Notes: generated by a model not told the origin, from the sequence alone. 64,000 bases of DNA from Candidatus Latescibacterota bacterium (GCA_965217585.1 OZ244561.1:3584001-3648000); one strand, 5' to 3'. Positions 36,763-46,383 are shown, counted from the first letter of the stretch. Program-made: numbers and translations.

Positions 36763-38034
36763 TCAGTGTCTTTCGATGTCGGCGCCCAAGGCCCGCAGGC
36801 GGCGCTCGAGGTGGACGTGCCCTCGGTCGAGCTGGTAGAGGTTGCTAATCTCGGTGTAGCCCTCGGCCGCTAGGCCGGCGAGCACGCAGGCGGCCCCGGC
36901 GCGAATGTCCATGGCTTTGACCGTGGCTCCTTTGAGTTGGGCTGGCCCGTGTACCAACACTAGGCGGTCCTTTTCCGGCGCGATGCGCGCGCCGAAGGAG
37001 CGCAAAGCCTTGACGTGGCCGAGGCGATCTTCGAATACGGTCTCGCGGATGTAGCTGTCGCCTTTGGCCATGCACGCCAAGGCCGTCATCCCGGGCTGCA
37101 AGTCCGTTGGGAAGCCGGGGTAAAAGGTGGTCACTACGTTGATCGGCGACAAGGTTTCCGGCCCGCGCACCCGCATCCAAGCCCCTTCCTCTGTCATCTC
37201 GACACCCATCTGCTGTAGCTTGGCCTCAAAGACGTATAGGTGATCGCGCACTACGCCCTTGAGGGCGATATCGCCGCCGGTAATCGCGCCTGCCATCATC
37301 AAGAGGCCGGCGTCGAGGCGGTCGTACATGATCGTGTGCTCGGTGCCTACCAACTCATGGACCCCCTTGATATGCACCCGCCGCGTACCAGCCCCTTCGA
37401 CTTGGGCGCCCATCTTTTGCAGGAGCGCCGCGAAATCGACGATCTCCGGGTCGGAGGCCGCGTTTTCGATCACGGACTCGCCCTCTGCTAGGCAGGAAGC
37501 CATGACGAGGTTTTCCACCCCAGTATGACTGGGCAAATCGCAGTACATAAAGGCCCCGGAGAGCCGCTTGGCCACCACGTCGATACCGCCGCCGGACACG
37601 CCTTGGACCTCGGCTCCGAGCCGGGCAAAGCCGCGATAGTGATAGTCGGTCGGCCGCGAGCCAATCGTGCAGCCGCCGACCTCTTGGATCCAAGCGCGGC
37701 CAAAACGGGCCAATAGCGGCCCGACGAAAAGCAGCGAGGCGCGAAAGCGGTTGGTCAAATCCGCGGGCAGCCGGTGCTCTTTGACATCTCGGGTGTCTAG
37801 GACGGCCACTTCCTCGGTTGCATCGTAATCGACGCGCGCGCCGAGCCGACGCAACAGCTCTAGGGCGACCAACACGTCTTTGACCGGGGGTACCCGGTGC
37901 AAAACGGTCTGCCCTTCGGTGGCCAACAGTGAAGCGGCCAACATGGGCAAAGCGGCGTTTTTGGACCCTTGGACCTCGACCTCCCCTTGGAGAGGGCGTC
38001 CGCCACGCACAAAAAGAACTTCTGAAGAACTCAT
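36763..38034 (-). CDS. murA: UDP-N-acetylglucosamine 1-carboxyvinyltransferase
   Basis: GSKNAALP, RAS, GGCTIGSRP (catalytic Cys), YPGFPTDLQ, ETVFEDR, DIRAGA. Confidence 0.92.
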   Translation of the reverse strand: MSSSEVLFVRGGRPLQGEVEVQGSKNAALPMLAASLLATEGQTVLHRVPPVKDVLVALELLRRLGARVDYDATEEVAVLDTRDVKEHRLPADLTNRFRASLLFVGPLLARFGRAWIQEVGGCTIGSRPTDYHYRGFARLGAEVQGVSGGGIDVVAKRLSGAFMYCDLPSHTGVENLVMASCLAEGESVIENAASDPEIVDFAALLQKMGAQVEGAGTRRVHIKGVHELVGTEHTIMYDRLDAGLLMMAGAITGGDIALKGVVRDHLYVFEAKLQQMGVEMTEEGAWMRVRGPETLSPINVVTTFYPGFPTDLQPGMTALACMAKGDSYIRETVFEDRLGHVKALRSFGARIAPEKDRLVLVHGPAQLKGATVKAMDIRAGAACVLAGLAAEGYTEISNLYQLDRGHVHLERRLRALGADIERH

Positions 38035-38136
38035 TGCTAATCCTGAAGTTAAGAGGGCGAGCAAACACACCAAGGGGAGGGGGATAAGCCAAATGTAACA
38101 TTGGGTATTCGGTTCGTCAATTGCCTAATGCACTGC

Positions 38137-38164
38137 TTGACATAGAGGGGCGTGGCTCTATATT
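38137..38164 (+). promoter_or_regulatory. sigma70-type promoter of glutaredoxin
   Basis: TTGACA-N16-TATATT. Confidence 0.55.
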
Positions 38165-38212
38165 CCATCGAGGACAAAATTGTCTCTATCACGCCAGAAA
38201 GGAATTCCAATC

Positions 38213-38482
38213 ATGGCCGAATCCCCTCACATTGTCGCCTATCTGAAGCCGGTTTGCGGCTGGAGCAATAGCGTGCGCACCACCTTCGCCAAGTACGGCT
38301 TGGCGTACGAAGACAAAGACATTATCAACAATCCGGCTATTTACGCTGAGATGGTGCAGAAAAGCGGCCAGCCCCTCTCGCCCTGCGTCGAGATCAACGG
38401 CCAGATGCTGGCTGACGTAGATGGCGGCGAGGTCGAGGCTTGGATGCTTGAAAACAGAGTTGTTGAGCCGGTCTCGGCCTAA
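38213..38482 (+). CDS. glutaredoxin (monothiol CGWS)
   Basis: KPVCGWS, SGQPLSPCVEING..LADV. RBS AAAGGA. Confidence 0.85.
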   Translation: MAESPHIVAYLKPVCGWSNSVRTTFAKYGLAYEDKDIINNPAIYAEMVQKSGQPLSPCVEINGQMLADVDGGEVEAWMLENRVVEPVSA

Positions 38483-39000
38483 TTGCGCATGCGGCTCAAC
38501 ACGCGCCGCATGCCCTCGCATAGGTTGGGCTGCTCGTGGTTGAGCGGCCCGCTCGCCGCTCGGCGAATCAGCGTCAACGCGCCCCATAGCTGGCCGTCGT
38601 TGGTCTTGAGCGGCAACACATAGCTAAAGCCTATAGACCCGCCTTCAGCCCCCTCCAGGAGGAAGCGCACCACCCCTGCTGGCAGGGGGCTTTCTTCGTC
38701 GGCGCTGGCCTGTCCCACCAGCAACAACGAGGAGTTACCGACCCCCTCCTGCTCGGTGAAGGAGCGCGCGCCGTCCTGCTCTAGCACCCGCTGCAAGACT
38801 TCAGCCCCTGCGCCGGCCGTGTGGACCACCCCTTGGCCGACGCGCTCATACACTATGGTGTCTGCCGCCTCGATGCCCAGCAGCAAATCCATGCCTTGGA
38901 CTACGGCTTCGTCCGGCGACATGGCCTCGAGCGATGCGACGATGTGCGGTGGAATTGCAGCGGGTTCGGGCATGTTGAACGGGATGATTGAGATGGGCAT
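38479..39000 (-). CDS. hypothetical protein, GAF-like
   Basis: SYVLPLKTNDGQLWGALTL ending typical of GAF folds. Start uncertain. Confidence 0.5.
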   Translation of the reverse strand: MPISIIPFNMPEPAAIPPHIVASLEAMSPDEAVVQGMDLLLGIEAADTIVYERVGQGVVHTAGAGAEVLQRVLEQDGARSFTEQEGVGNSSLLLVGQASADEESPLPAGVVRFLLEGAEGGSIGFSYVLPLKTNDGQLWGALTLIRRAASGPLNHEQPNLCEGMRRVLSRMRN

Positions 39001-39009
39001 GGCGCATCC

Positions 39010-39039
39010 TTGACAAGGCAAATGAGGGGGCTTTAATTT
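39010..39039 (+). promoter_or_regulatory. tRNA promoter
   Basis: TTGACA at 39010-15 and an AT-rich -10 (TTTAATTT) 16-18 bp downstream. Confidence 0.55.
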
Positions 39040-39054
39040 TATTCTTCTTCTGGT

Positions 39055-39130
39055 GGCTCTTTAGCTCAGTTGGTAGAGCAGGAGACTGAAAATCTCTGTG
39101 TCCGCGGTTCGATTCCGCGAGGAGCCACCA
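39055..39130 (+). tRNA. tRNA-Phe(GAA)
   Basis: 76 nt. GGCTCTT/GGAGCC acceptor stem, AGCTCAGTTGGTAGAGC D-arm, CTGAAAA anticodon loop, GGTTCGATTCC T-arm, encoded CCA. Confidence 0.97.
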
Positions 39131-39143
39131 TATTATAAACAAT

Positions 39144-39181
39144 AAACAGCCCCTTAGCTTGCACAAGCTGAGGGGCTGTTT
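39144..39181. terminator. bidirectional intrinsic terminator
   Basis: AAACAGCCCCTTAGCTTG-CA-CAAGCTGAGGGGCTGTTT between the convergent tRNA and CDS. Confidence 0.8.
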
Positions 39182-39195
39182 GCATTGGTGCGGGT

Positions 39196-40113
39196 TCATC
39201 GCGCATCGCCCTCTTCTGTCATGTGCTTGATCTGTCCCCAACTTGCGGATTGCACCGCCGTGGCGGGGAGGTCGCTCGCTGCGCAGCGAAATCCGATGAT
39301 GAGATAAGTCGCCGAAGGCGGCAGCCCACTGCGGTCGGTGGTGCGCAGGCGATACGGATCGCTGCTCATCGACCCGCCCCGAAGCACTCGGCTGATCCCG
39401 GCGTCTGGCCCTTGCGGATCGCGCTTGGGGCTTTGTGCGTAGTAATCCTCGCCGTACCAATCCACCACCCACTCCCAGACATTGCCCCCCATATCGTGGG
39501 CCCCATAGGGAGAAACCCCGCGCTGATAAGAGCCTACCGGGGCCGAGGCGAAAAAGCCGTCGCTGTCGTCGCCGCGGCAGCAGCCCTCCTTACCGTAGTT
39601 GGCCCGGCTGCGGTCGATGTGATTACCCCAGGGATAGATGCGGCCGTCAGTGCCGCGGGCGGCCTTTTCCCACATGGCCTCGGTCGGCAACTGCATGCCG
39701 GCCCAAGTGCAATACGCACGAGCACCGTACCACGAGACCTCGGCGACCGGCCGCTGTTCGGTGCCGGGAATCGGCGCGTATCCCTCGTCGCCGTAGCGGA
39801 TCTGCGCGTCGGCATCGCGCACATCGAGCAGCAGGTGTCCTTCCCCATCCGCGTTGTGGTCGCTGTCGTTTAAAAAGGCAGCGTACTGGTCGTTGTTGAC
39901 TTCAAAACGGTCGATGTAGAATTCGTCGAGATGGACCTGGTGGACTGGCTGTTCGTCCGCCCGTCCCGCGGCCGATCCCATCGCAAAATAACCGGCGGAG
40001 ACGCGGGCCAACTCGTGCATGGTGCCGGCCGGCGTCTGCACTTGGACTATCTCCTGGGCTAAAACACCCGGTGCCCATACCCAAAAGCACCAGAATACGC
40101 TGCTGCGCGTCAT
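39196..40113 (-). CDS. formylglycine-generating enzyme (FGE-sulfatase) domain secreted protein
   Basis: FAMGS, P.HQV, LPTEAMWEKAARG, DMGGNVWEW, RGGS, IGFRCA. C-terminal AVQSASWGQIK. Confidence 0.9.
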   Translation of the reverse strand: MTRSSVFWCFWVWAPGVLAQEIVQVQTPAGTMHELARVSAGYFAMGSAAGRADEQPVHQVHLDEFYIDRFEVNNDQYAAFLNDSDHNADGEGHLLLDVRDADAQIRYGDEGYAPIPGTEQRPVAEVSWYGARAYCTWAGMQLPTEAMWEKAARGTDGRIYPWGNHIDRSRANYGKEGCCRGDDSDGFFASAPVGSYQRGVSPYGAHDMGGNVWEWVVDWYGEDYYAQSPKRDPQGPDAGISRVLRGGSMSSDPYRLRTTDRSGLPPSATYLIIGFRCAASDLPATAVQSASWGQIKHMTEEGDAR

Positions 40114-40204
40114 ACCGCCTCCGCTACATGGCCTTTTTCGTCGCGAGCTGTTGATTTACTTTCCTACATACATAATTACCATCCCCCGTTCCAGCAAAAA
40201 GAAA

Positions 40205-41470
40205 TTGGTCTCCACTCACCGCGAGGCGCTTGCGCTTTTCAACCGCGACGTGCGCCTAGTGCTCTTTAGCCAAGCTCTGATCGGCTTTACGATCTTCGGC
40301 GGCGTCTATACCGTTCTACTCAATCTCTACCTCTTGCGCCTAGGCTACGGCCCCCAATTGATCGGCCAAGTCAACGCCGTTGGTGCGCTGTCGTTTGCCC
40401 TCTTGAGTATGCCCGCGGGCCTGTTGGCCAACCGCTGGGGGGCGCGCCGGAGCATGATCGCCGGCATGGTGATCGCCGCTCTGGGTTTTGGCTTGTTGCC
40501 CTTGGGCGAATTTGCCCCCATCTCCGCGCAGTTGGCTTGGGTCATGGGAGCGTATGCCCTCGGCGTCCTCGGCAATACGCTCTTCATCGTCTGCTCGATA
40601 CCCTTTCTGACCCTGATCTGTCCGCCGCGTCTGCGCAATCACGTGTTCTCGACTCAGGTGGCGCTGTGGCCGCTGGCGGGCTTTGCCGGCAGCTTGTGCG
40701 GTGGCCTGCTGCCCGGTCTGTTCTCCGCGCTGCTCGGCCTGCCCGAAGACCACCCGGCTCCTTATCGCTACCCACTGCTGCTGGCCGCTGGCGTGCTATT
40801 CATCAGCGCCGGCGCTATCGCTGCAACCCGCTCCCGTCCGCACAAGCCGCCCGCTAGGGAACGCGGCGAAGCGACGCCCTTTCCTCTGGCCATCGTCCTC
40901 GCCTTGAGTTTGGTCACCTTCCTGCAGATGGCTGCGGAAAACAGTCTCCGCATCTTCTTCAATGTATACATGGACGACGGCCTCGGGGTCTCCACGGCGC
41001 TGATCGGCAGTCTGACTGCCGGGGGCCAGCTCTTGGCCGCCTGTACCGCGCTAGCTGCCCCTGCGCTCAGCCGACGTTTCGGTCGGGTGCCGGTGATTAC
41101 CGGGGGGGCCGGGGCTATGGTGCTGTGTCTCATACCGCTGGCCTTGGTCGCCCATTGGGCGGTGGCCGGAGCCGCTTGTATGGCCCTAGTTGCTCTCAGT
41201 TCGATCCGCCGCTCGGTCTATATCGTCTTTCAGCAGGAGCTGGTCCCCGAGCGTTGGCGGGTGACCATGAGTTCGGCGCTGACCATGGCTTACGGCATCA
41301 GCATCGCCGGCGTTTCGCTCGGCGGCGGCTGGATGATCGACGCGCTGGGGTATCGGGCGTTGTTTTGGAGCAGTGCCGTGATTACGGCTGCGGGTGTACT
41401 CTGCTTTCAGGGCTACTTCCGCATCCCTCGCGGCGAGTACGCCAAACGCCTGACAGATGAGCGGGCGTGA
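40205..41470 (+). CDS. MFS transporter
   Basis: About 12 TM, motif GLLANRWGARR. TTG start at 40205 is tentative. Confidence 0.85.
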   Translation: MVSTHREALALFNRDVRLVLFSQALIGFTIFGGVYTVLLNLYLLRLGYGPQLIGQVNAVGALSFALLSMPAGLLANRWGARRSMIAGMVIAALGFGLLPLGEFAPISAQLAWVMGAYALGVLGNTLFIVCSIPFLTLICPPRLRNHVFSTQVALWPLAGFAGSLCGGLLPGLFSALLGLPEDHPAPYRYPLLLAAGVLFISAGAIAATRSRPHKPPARERGEATPFPLAIVLALSLVTFLQMAAENSLRIFFNVYMDDGLGVSTALIGSLTAGGQLLAACTALAAPALSRRFGRVPVITGGAGAMVLCLIPLALVAHWAVAGAACMALVALSSIRRSVYIVFQQELVPERWRVTMSSALTMAYGISIAGVSLGGGWMIDALGYRALFWSSAVITAAGVLCFQGYFRIPRGEYAKRLTDERA

Positions 41471-41477
41471 ACGGGTA

Positions 41478-42836
41478 CTAAGCGCATTCAACGCACATTG
41501 CGTCGCACTGTCGTCTCAGCCGTGCGAGCTGATCGGAGAACTTGGGATCTTCTGCGAGATTGCAGGATTCGTGAGGATCTTTGCGCAGGTCGTACAGTTC
41601 CTCATAGACGGGCTGTTGCTCGTAGTAGCGAATGTATTTCCAGCGTTGCGTGCGCACGCCTTCGCTCTTGGGGATGTCGGCGCGGTCGAACCGATGCTCG
41701 CAGAAGAAGGCCTTGCGCCATTCGACTTCTTTTCTGCCTAACAGTGGGACCAGGGATTTTCCCTGCATTCCGTCCGCAGCACGCAGACCGGCCAATTCGA
41801 GGATGGTTGGCGAGACATCTATGTTAAGGGCCATTTCTTCGCGTACGACCTTGCCCTCGTCAACTCGCGGATCGAAGACGATCAGGGGAATGCGGATTGA
41901 CTGTTCGTTCAACTGCCAGCAGTCGCTAAGCCCGCGATCTCCGTAGTACATTCCATGATCCGATGCGAAGATCACGACCGTGTTGGCGGCTAACGATAGC
42001 TGATCCAACGCCGCGAGGATCCTGCCGATGTTGCGATCGACGCCGCTGACCATCCGGTACAGTCCGAGCATGTTCCGCTGATAGTCCCCAGGCGTCGCAT
42101 AGCGGGCCTGCCATCGCACGCGACTTTCCGTCTCGCGTAGGAATTTCGGCAGTCGCCTGAAGAAGTCGGGATGGGCGTTGAACGGCTCCGGTATCTTCGC
42201 ATCCGCGTAGAGCGGATCTTCAGCGGCAGGCCAGATGTAGTGGCGCGGATCGTTGTCCTGGGCGTGCGGCGCGTTGAAACTGACGGAGAGACAAAATGGC
42301 TGGCTGGGAGGGGTGCGTAGAAAGTCGATTGTTTTGTCGCCGGTAATGTCGGTCAGGTGGCGCACGCGGCCGTCCGGCTGGCTGATTTCATACCCGTCTG
42401 CGGTCCAATGTTCGTAGTTGTCGAACACGTCAAACATCTTGTCCAACGCGCCTTCGTCTGCGAGAGAAGGGTCGATTCCTTTTGCGGCAATGCCGAACTT
42501 GCCGATCAGCCCCGTGTGGTACCCGGACCTTTTGAGAACTGATGGGTAGGAGCTGTCGGTGAAGGCGCGTTGGAGGGGTGGTGTGAGGAAGGTGAAGCGG
42601 TGGCGGCTTTCATAGACGCCGGTGAGATAGCTCGCCCGGCTGGCGGCGCAGATTGGACTGGTGCAGAATGCGTTTGCGAAGCGGACGCCGCTTGCGGCAA
42701 GCCGGTCGATGTTCGGGGTTTGGATGATTGGATTGCCAGCGCAGCCGAGCAGGTCGTTGCGCTGGTTGTCGGTCAGGAGGAAGAGGATGTTGGGGACAGA
42801 GGCCATGATGGTTGCTCTGTCGAGAATTAAGGACAT
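41478..42836 (-). CDS. sulfatase (arylsulfatase/N-acetylglucosamine-6-sulfatase-like)
   Basis: PNILFLLTDN, TPNIDRLA, CAASRASYLTG, GK, APH, SDHG, ELYDLRKDPHE. Confidence 0.93.
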   Translation of the reverse strand: MSLILDRATIMASVPNILFLLTDNQRNDLLGCAGNPIIQTPNIDRLAASGVRFANAFCTSPICAASRASYLTGVYESRHRFTFLTPPLQRAFTDSSYPSVLKRSGYHTGLIGKFGIAAKGIDPSLADEGALDKMFDVFDNYEHWTADGYEISQPDGRVRHLTDITGDKTIDFLRTPPSQPFCLSVSFNAPHAQDNDPRHYIWPAAEDPLYADAKIPEPFNAHPDFFRRLPKFLRETESRVRWQARYATPGDYQRNMLGLYRMVSGVDRNIGRILAALDQLSLAANTVVIFASDHGMYYGDRGLSDCWQLNEQSIRIPLIVFDPRVDEGKVVREEMALNIDVSPTILELAGLRAADGMQGKSLVPLLGRKEVEWRKAFFCEHRFDRADIPKSEGVRTQRWKYIRYYEQQPVYEELYDLRKDPHESCNLAEDPKFSDQLARLRRQCDAMCVECA

Positions 42837-42879
42837 CCCACTCGCATACGCGACCCTAAAGGACCGTATGCGAGTGGGA
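42836..42879. repeat. 15-bp perfect inverted repeat (hairpin)
   Basis: TCCCACTCGCATACG-N14-CGTATGCGAGTGGGA. Confidence 0.8.
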
Positions 42880-42905
42880 CGCCTGCGATGGCGTCGGTTG
42901 AACGC

Positions 42906-44651
42906 TTACGTTGGGCGTTTGCGAAGCGGGCGCAGCATCAACACCTCGTAGGAGATCGACTCGGATACGCGCTCCATTTCCACTCCGAAGTGCGCGCGCA
43001 AGTAGTTGAGGGCCACGTCCCAGCCGTCGGAGAAGTCGATGTCGATATCTACCTGACGATCAAAGGGATTATCTGCTGCTGCGCCGTCCCATTGCATCTC
43101 AATTTCGTCGAGGTCTTCGTTATAGCCTTCGACTAGGTCGTTGAGCGCGGCGTTTTCGAGCATCCCTGGGATCGCAAACCCGAGGGGTTGCCCCGTAGAG
43201 TGGTAGCTTCTGCCAGTGGTCCGAAGATACCCTCTCTGCGGGTTAGTTGGAAATTCGGAACCGTCTTGGGTAAAAATCCAGCGCGTCCTAGTGTCTTGAC
43301 GCTTTTCCACCTCAGCGACAAAACCAAAGTGGTCGCCGAGGCGCTGGACGCGCTCGGTGGGGGTTAGGCGATGGCTATAAGCAATCCGCACGGAGTAGCG
43401 CTGATTAGCTAGTTTCTGCTCTGGGGTTTCTGCCGGCTTTTTTCCAAGAATTCGCATGATCTCCGATTTTAGGCTCGGGGCCGTCTGCACAATGCGAGGT
43501 TCCACCGGCATTTTCCCAATGACCCGCACAATCTCGGCCAGCGGGGTGCGGTGAAATTCGTGGCGCGTGATCCTGCCTGCTGTGGACGAAGCATGACCTT
43601 CGATGCCCTTGCTCGGGTCATCCGAAGGAGGATGAACGATGATATCCATGCCGTCCAGTGGCATATAAAACGGCCTGTTCCAAGGCACGAAGGGATCTGG
43701 GATTTGCGCGAACGGCAAGGCGGACCGTACCGAGTCGGTGAAGGACTGAACCGCATCGTCGGCGACCATGAAAAGCTCGTCTGCCAGCGGGGTGTCGTAG
43801 TCCAGATAATTCAATTCACTGACCAACTCCCAATCTTCTTGGCCCACATCGAGATAAACGCGGGAGTTGCTCGGCAACCGCGTCTGGGCATCTACCTCGA
43901 CTTCATATCGGATATCCGACGGGGTCTTAGTGCCTAGCGAGGAGCGCTGCCAAATCGAAAAAAGCACCGTCGCCCCTCGATCCTCGCGCTCAATCTGATA
44001 GCTCCAAGGCCTTAGTTGCTCGCGCTCAGGCAGAGCTAGTTGCTCGGCAACCTTATCTATGGACCACGCGCTTTTCGCGCCCCGGTCTTCCCCATACCAG
44101 ACGCCGTCCATGTAAACCCGCATTTTGGCATCGTTCACCACGGCCTCGCGCCGCGCCGCGCCGGTGCCGACTGCAGAGCGGAAAAGGTGCGGTGCCTTGA
44201 TCCACTGCTGCACTGGCACCTGCTCACCTTTTTCTCCTCGGAACCAGCCCTCTACGCGCACGGAGTTAAGCTTACGCACCTCAGCGACCACCTCTGCCCA
44301 CGCCGAAGTACTTCCCTGCCAGAGTACCCCGAATACCACCCCGGCCAGCACGGCGGCCAGTCCCGACAGGTACATCGGCCGCTGCAGCCGCTGCCAGAAT
44401 CCCGTGCGCTGACGCTTGTCCGCTGCTTGGATCGCCTTTAATGCGTTGGTACGAGCTGCCGCAAAAAGCGCGTCCGGTGGCTCGGCGGTGCCGATGTCAG
44501 CACTCAGCTCCAGCACGGTACGCACCGCCTCCAAGTCGTCAGCCGCTTCAGGGTGCTCGGTCAGATAGGTCTCGATCTGTCGCACTTCTGCAGCCGATAG
44601 CTCGCCTCGCACGTAGTCGCTCAGTTTGCTCTCAAATTCGGCCCTGTTCAT
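42906..44651 (-). CDS. large anti-sigma factor: Cys-free N-terminal ASD, one TM, LolA-like and TIGR03435-like periplasmic regions
   Basis: LSDYVRGELS N-terminus, TM, AWAEVV..V, YDTPLADELF, two L..HFG..E repeats. Directly downstream of an ECF sigma. Confidence 0.65.
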   Translation of the reverse strand: MNRAEFESKLSDYVRGELSAAEVRQIETYLTEHPEAADDLEAVRTVLELSADIGTAEPPDALFAAARTNALKAIQAADKRQRTGFWQRLQRPMYLSGLAAVLAGVVFGVLWQGSTSAWAEVVAEVRKLNSVRVEGWFRGEKGEQVPVQQWIKAPHLFRSAVGTGAARREAVVNDAKMRVYMDGVWYGEDRGAKSAWSIDKVAEQLALPEREQLRPWSYQIEREDRGATVLFSIWQRSSLGTKTPSDIRYEVEVDAQTRLPSNSRVYLDVGQEDWELVSELNYLDYDTPLADELFMVADDAVQSFTDSVRSALPFAQIPDPFVPWNRPFYMPLDGMDIIVHPPSDDPSKGIEGHASSTAGRITRHEFHRTPLAEIVRVIGKMPVEPRIVQTAPSLKSEIMRILGKKPAETPEQKLANQRYSVRIAYSHRLTPTERVQRLGDHFGFVAEVEKRQDTRTRWIFTQDGSEFPTNPQRGYLRTTGRSYHSTGQPLGFAIPGMLENAALNDLVEGYNEDLDEIEMQWDGAAADNPFDRQVDIDIDFSDGWDVALNYLRAHFGVEMERVSESISYEVLMLRPLRKRPT

Positions 44652-44656
44652 GGCGT

Positions 44657-45157
44657 TTAGTCCTTGCAGCTAGCACCCAAGTGGGCGCGGATTTTTTTAA
44701 GTGCTTTGTACTCGCTAGCTCTGGCCGACTCCTCGCTGCATCCCAATCGTGCGGCGATCTCGGCAAAGGGCCAGCCTTCGAAGTTGCGCAGGGCGAAGAC
44801 GGTGCGCTGGCGCTCGGGCAATTCAGCGGCCAAGTCGCGCACTCGGTTCATGAGCAAGCGGTGCTCAGCGTCTTTGTCGGCATCGGCTTCCACCGCGGTG
44901 TTTTCCTCTTCGTAGAGCAGTGCCCGATGTTGATAGCGCCGGATTTTGAAGGCCGCGTTGGTTGCCACCCGGCAAAGCCATGCCTTGGGGTAGGCAATGA
45001 TCTCACCGCGCATACAGGCCGTGTGGAAGCGCAGGAAGGTTTCCTGAAAGACCTCCTGCGCTTCGTCGGCATTGGCGACGATCGTATAGGCCACCTTGAG
45101 CACTAGGCGTCCGTAGTGCTCCACGGCTTCGGCGCTTATGTCGGCTGATCGGCGCAA
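44657..45157 (-). CDS. ECF RNA polymerase sigma factor
   Basis: EAQEVFQETFLR, AWLCRVATN, LPERQRTVFALR, FAEIA. TTG start tentative. Confidence 0.88.
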   Translation of the reverse strand: MRRSADISAEAVEHYGRLVLKVAYTIVANADEAQEVFQETFLRFHTACMRGEIIAYPKAWLCRVATNAAFKIRRYQHRALLYEEENTAVEADADKDAEHRLLMNRVRDLAAELPERQRTVFALRNFEGWPFAEIAARLGCSEESARASEYKALKKIRAHLGASCKD

Positions 45158-45159
45158 AA

Positions 45160-46278
45160 TTAGTTGGCGGCTAAGAGGGCTTCGATCTGCTCTGCACTCG
45201 GCACGCTGCCCAAAAGACCTGTCTCGGCGAGTCGGCCATCGCGGCCGATCAGCACGTATTGGGGAATGCCTTCGACGCCAAAGCGGCGATACGTCTCGCC
45301 CGTATCTAGCACAATCGGCATGGTGTAGCCGTGTTCGGCGACGAAATCGTCCATGTCTTGGGATTGGTGCGCCGAGTGAAGCGCAACGACTATAAATCCT
45401 TGCTCGGCGTACTGATCGTACAGAGCCTGCACGGTGGGCATCTCGGCTACGCAGGGCGTACACCACGTCGCCCAGAAGTCAATGAGAATCACCGGGGTTT
45501 GATTTAGAGCTTTTAGCTGCTCAGTAGGCATCGGATTGACCCAGCGTTCCGCATCTAAATTGGGGGGCATGGAGCCTTGTTCGAGCTTGCTGCGGTTGAG
45601 CACTCTTTCGGCCTCCTCCATGCCGACGTAGCGCGCCTGGAGAAATTCCCCGTCGTCGCTTAGTTCTGCCTTGTCGTAGGAGTAGTCGATCATGCCCATC
45701 CCTGCGGTGCCTACGGTGCGCAATCGCGCGTGCTCTCCCTCCTGTAGTGTGGGAGTCATGCGCAACACGGCGTTGGGGGCGATCTCAAGGTGCCTCTCTT
45801 CCCCCTCCCTGACTACACGCGCTGGCCCCAATAACACCCACTGGTGGTCATCCAGATTCTTAACGGCAATGCCCAGATCATTTCCCGTGCCCCAGCCGCT
45901 ACTTTGTGCGTCGGCCAAGAAGGTCGTGTCGATTCCGGCAAACTCGCCCACCGCCAGCTTCTGGCGGACGCAATTGAGTCGCTGGTTGGCGATGTCGCGC
46001 ACGAAGTAGCGGCCATTGGGATGGCGCACTTCGGCGGTTGAGCCGCCTTGTATGGTGGGCACTGCTCCCTTCTCCACTTGGCCCAGCACTACGTGCCAGA
46101 CCAGATCGTCGGTGCCGTCCACTCGCCGGGCGTGCAGCCAACCATCTTCAATCCACGCTTCAATGCGCCCGTGGTCAAGGTCGCGCTGCTCGCTCCAAGA
46201 AGTCTCGGTGGCGGCGCTCGCCCGCAGGCTGAGCAGCAGGGCCACTGCTGCCGTGGCAATAATCGTTCGATTCAACAT
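45160..46278 (-). CDS. secreted TlpA/redoxin-family protein with an unknown N-terminal domain
   Basis: Signal peptide, DFWATWCTPC and GIP cis-Pro loop at the C-terminus. Confidence 0.85.
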   Translation of the reverse strand: MLNRTIIATAAVALLLSLRASAATETSWSEQRDLDHGRIEAWIEDGWLHARRVDGTDDLVWHVVLGQVEKGAVPTIQGGSTAEVRHPNGRYFVRDIANQRLNCVRQKLAVGEFAGIDTTFLADAQSSGWGTGNDLGIAVKNLDDHQWVLLGPARVVREGEERHLEIAPNAVLRMTPTLQEGEHARLRTVGTAGMGMIDYSYDKAELSDDGEFLQARYVGMEEAERVLNRSKLEQGSMPPNLDAERWVNPMPTEQLKALNQTPVILIDFWATWCTPCVAEMPTVQALYDQYAEQGFIVVALHSAHQSQDMDDFVAEHGYTMPIVLDTGETYRRFGVEGIPQYVLIGRDGRLAETGLLGSVPSAEQIEALLAAN

Positions 46279-46383
46279 GATCCACGCTCCTATTTAGCAT
46301 GTAGGTCGTATGCGTCTGCGCTTGGCCGGTAGCGCGTTTGCCCTATATGACCCACAAAGCGCGACTATGTGAACCGCAAAAAT

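Noticed and set aside
39055-39200. tRNA-Phe as the integration site of an island
   Set aside because: No integrase is present, I found no duplicated tRNA 3' end in the window, and the terminator follows directly.
39196-42836. FGE-domain protein as the maturase of the nearby sulfatase
   Set aside because: It lacks the catalytic Cys pair after RGGS (reads RGGSMSSDPYRLR) and looks secreted, so it is an FGE-fold protein and not a true formylglycine-generating enzyme.
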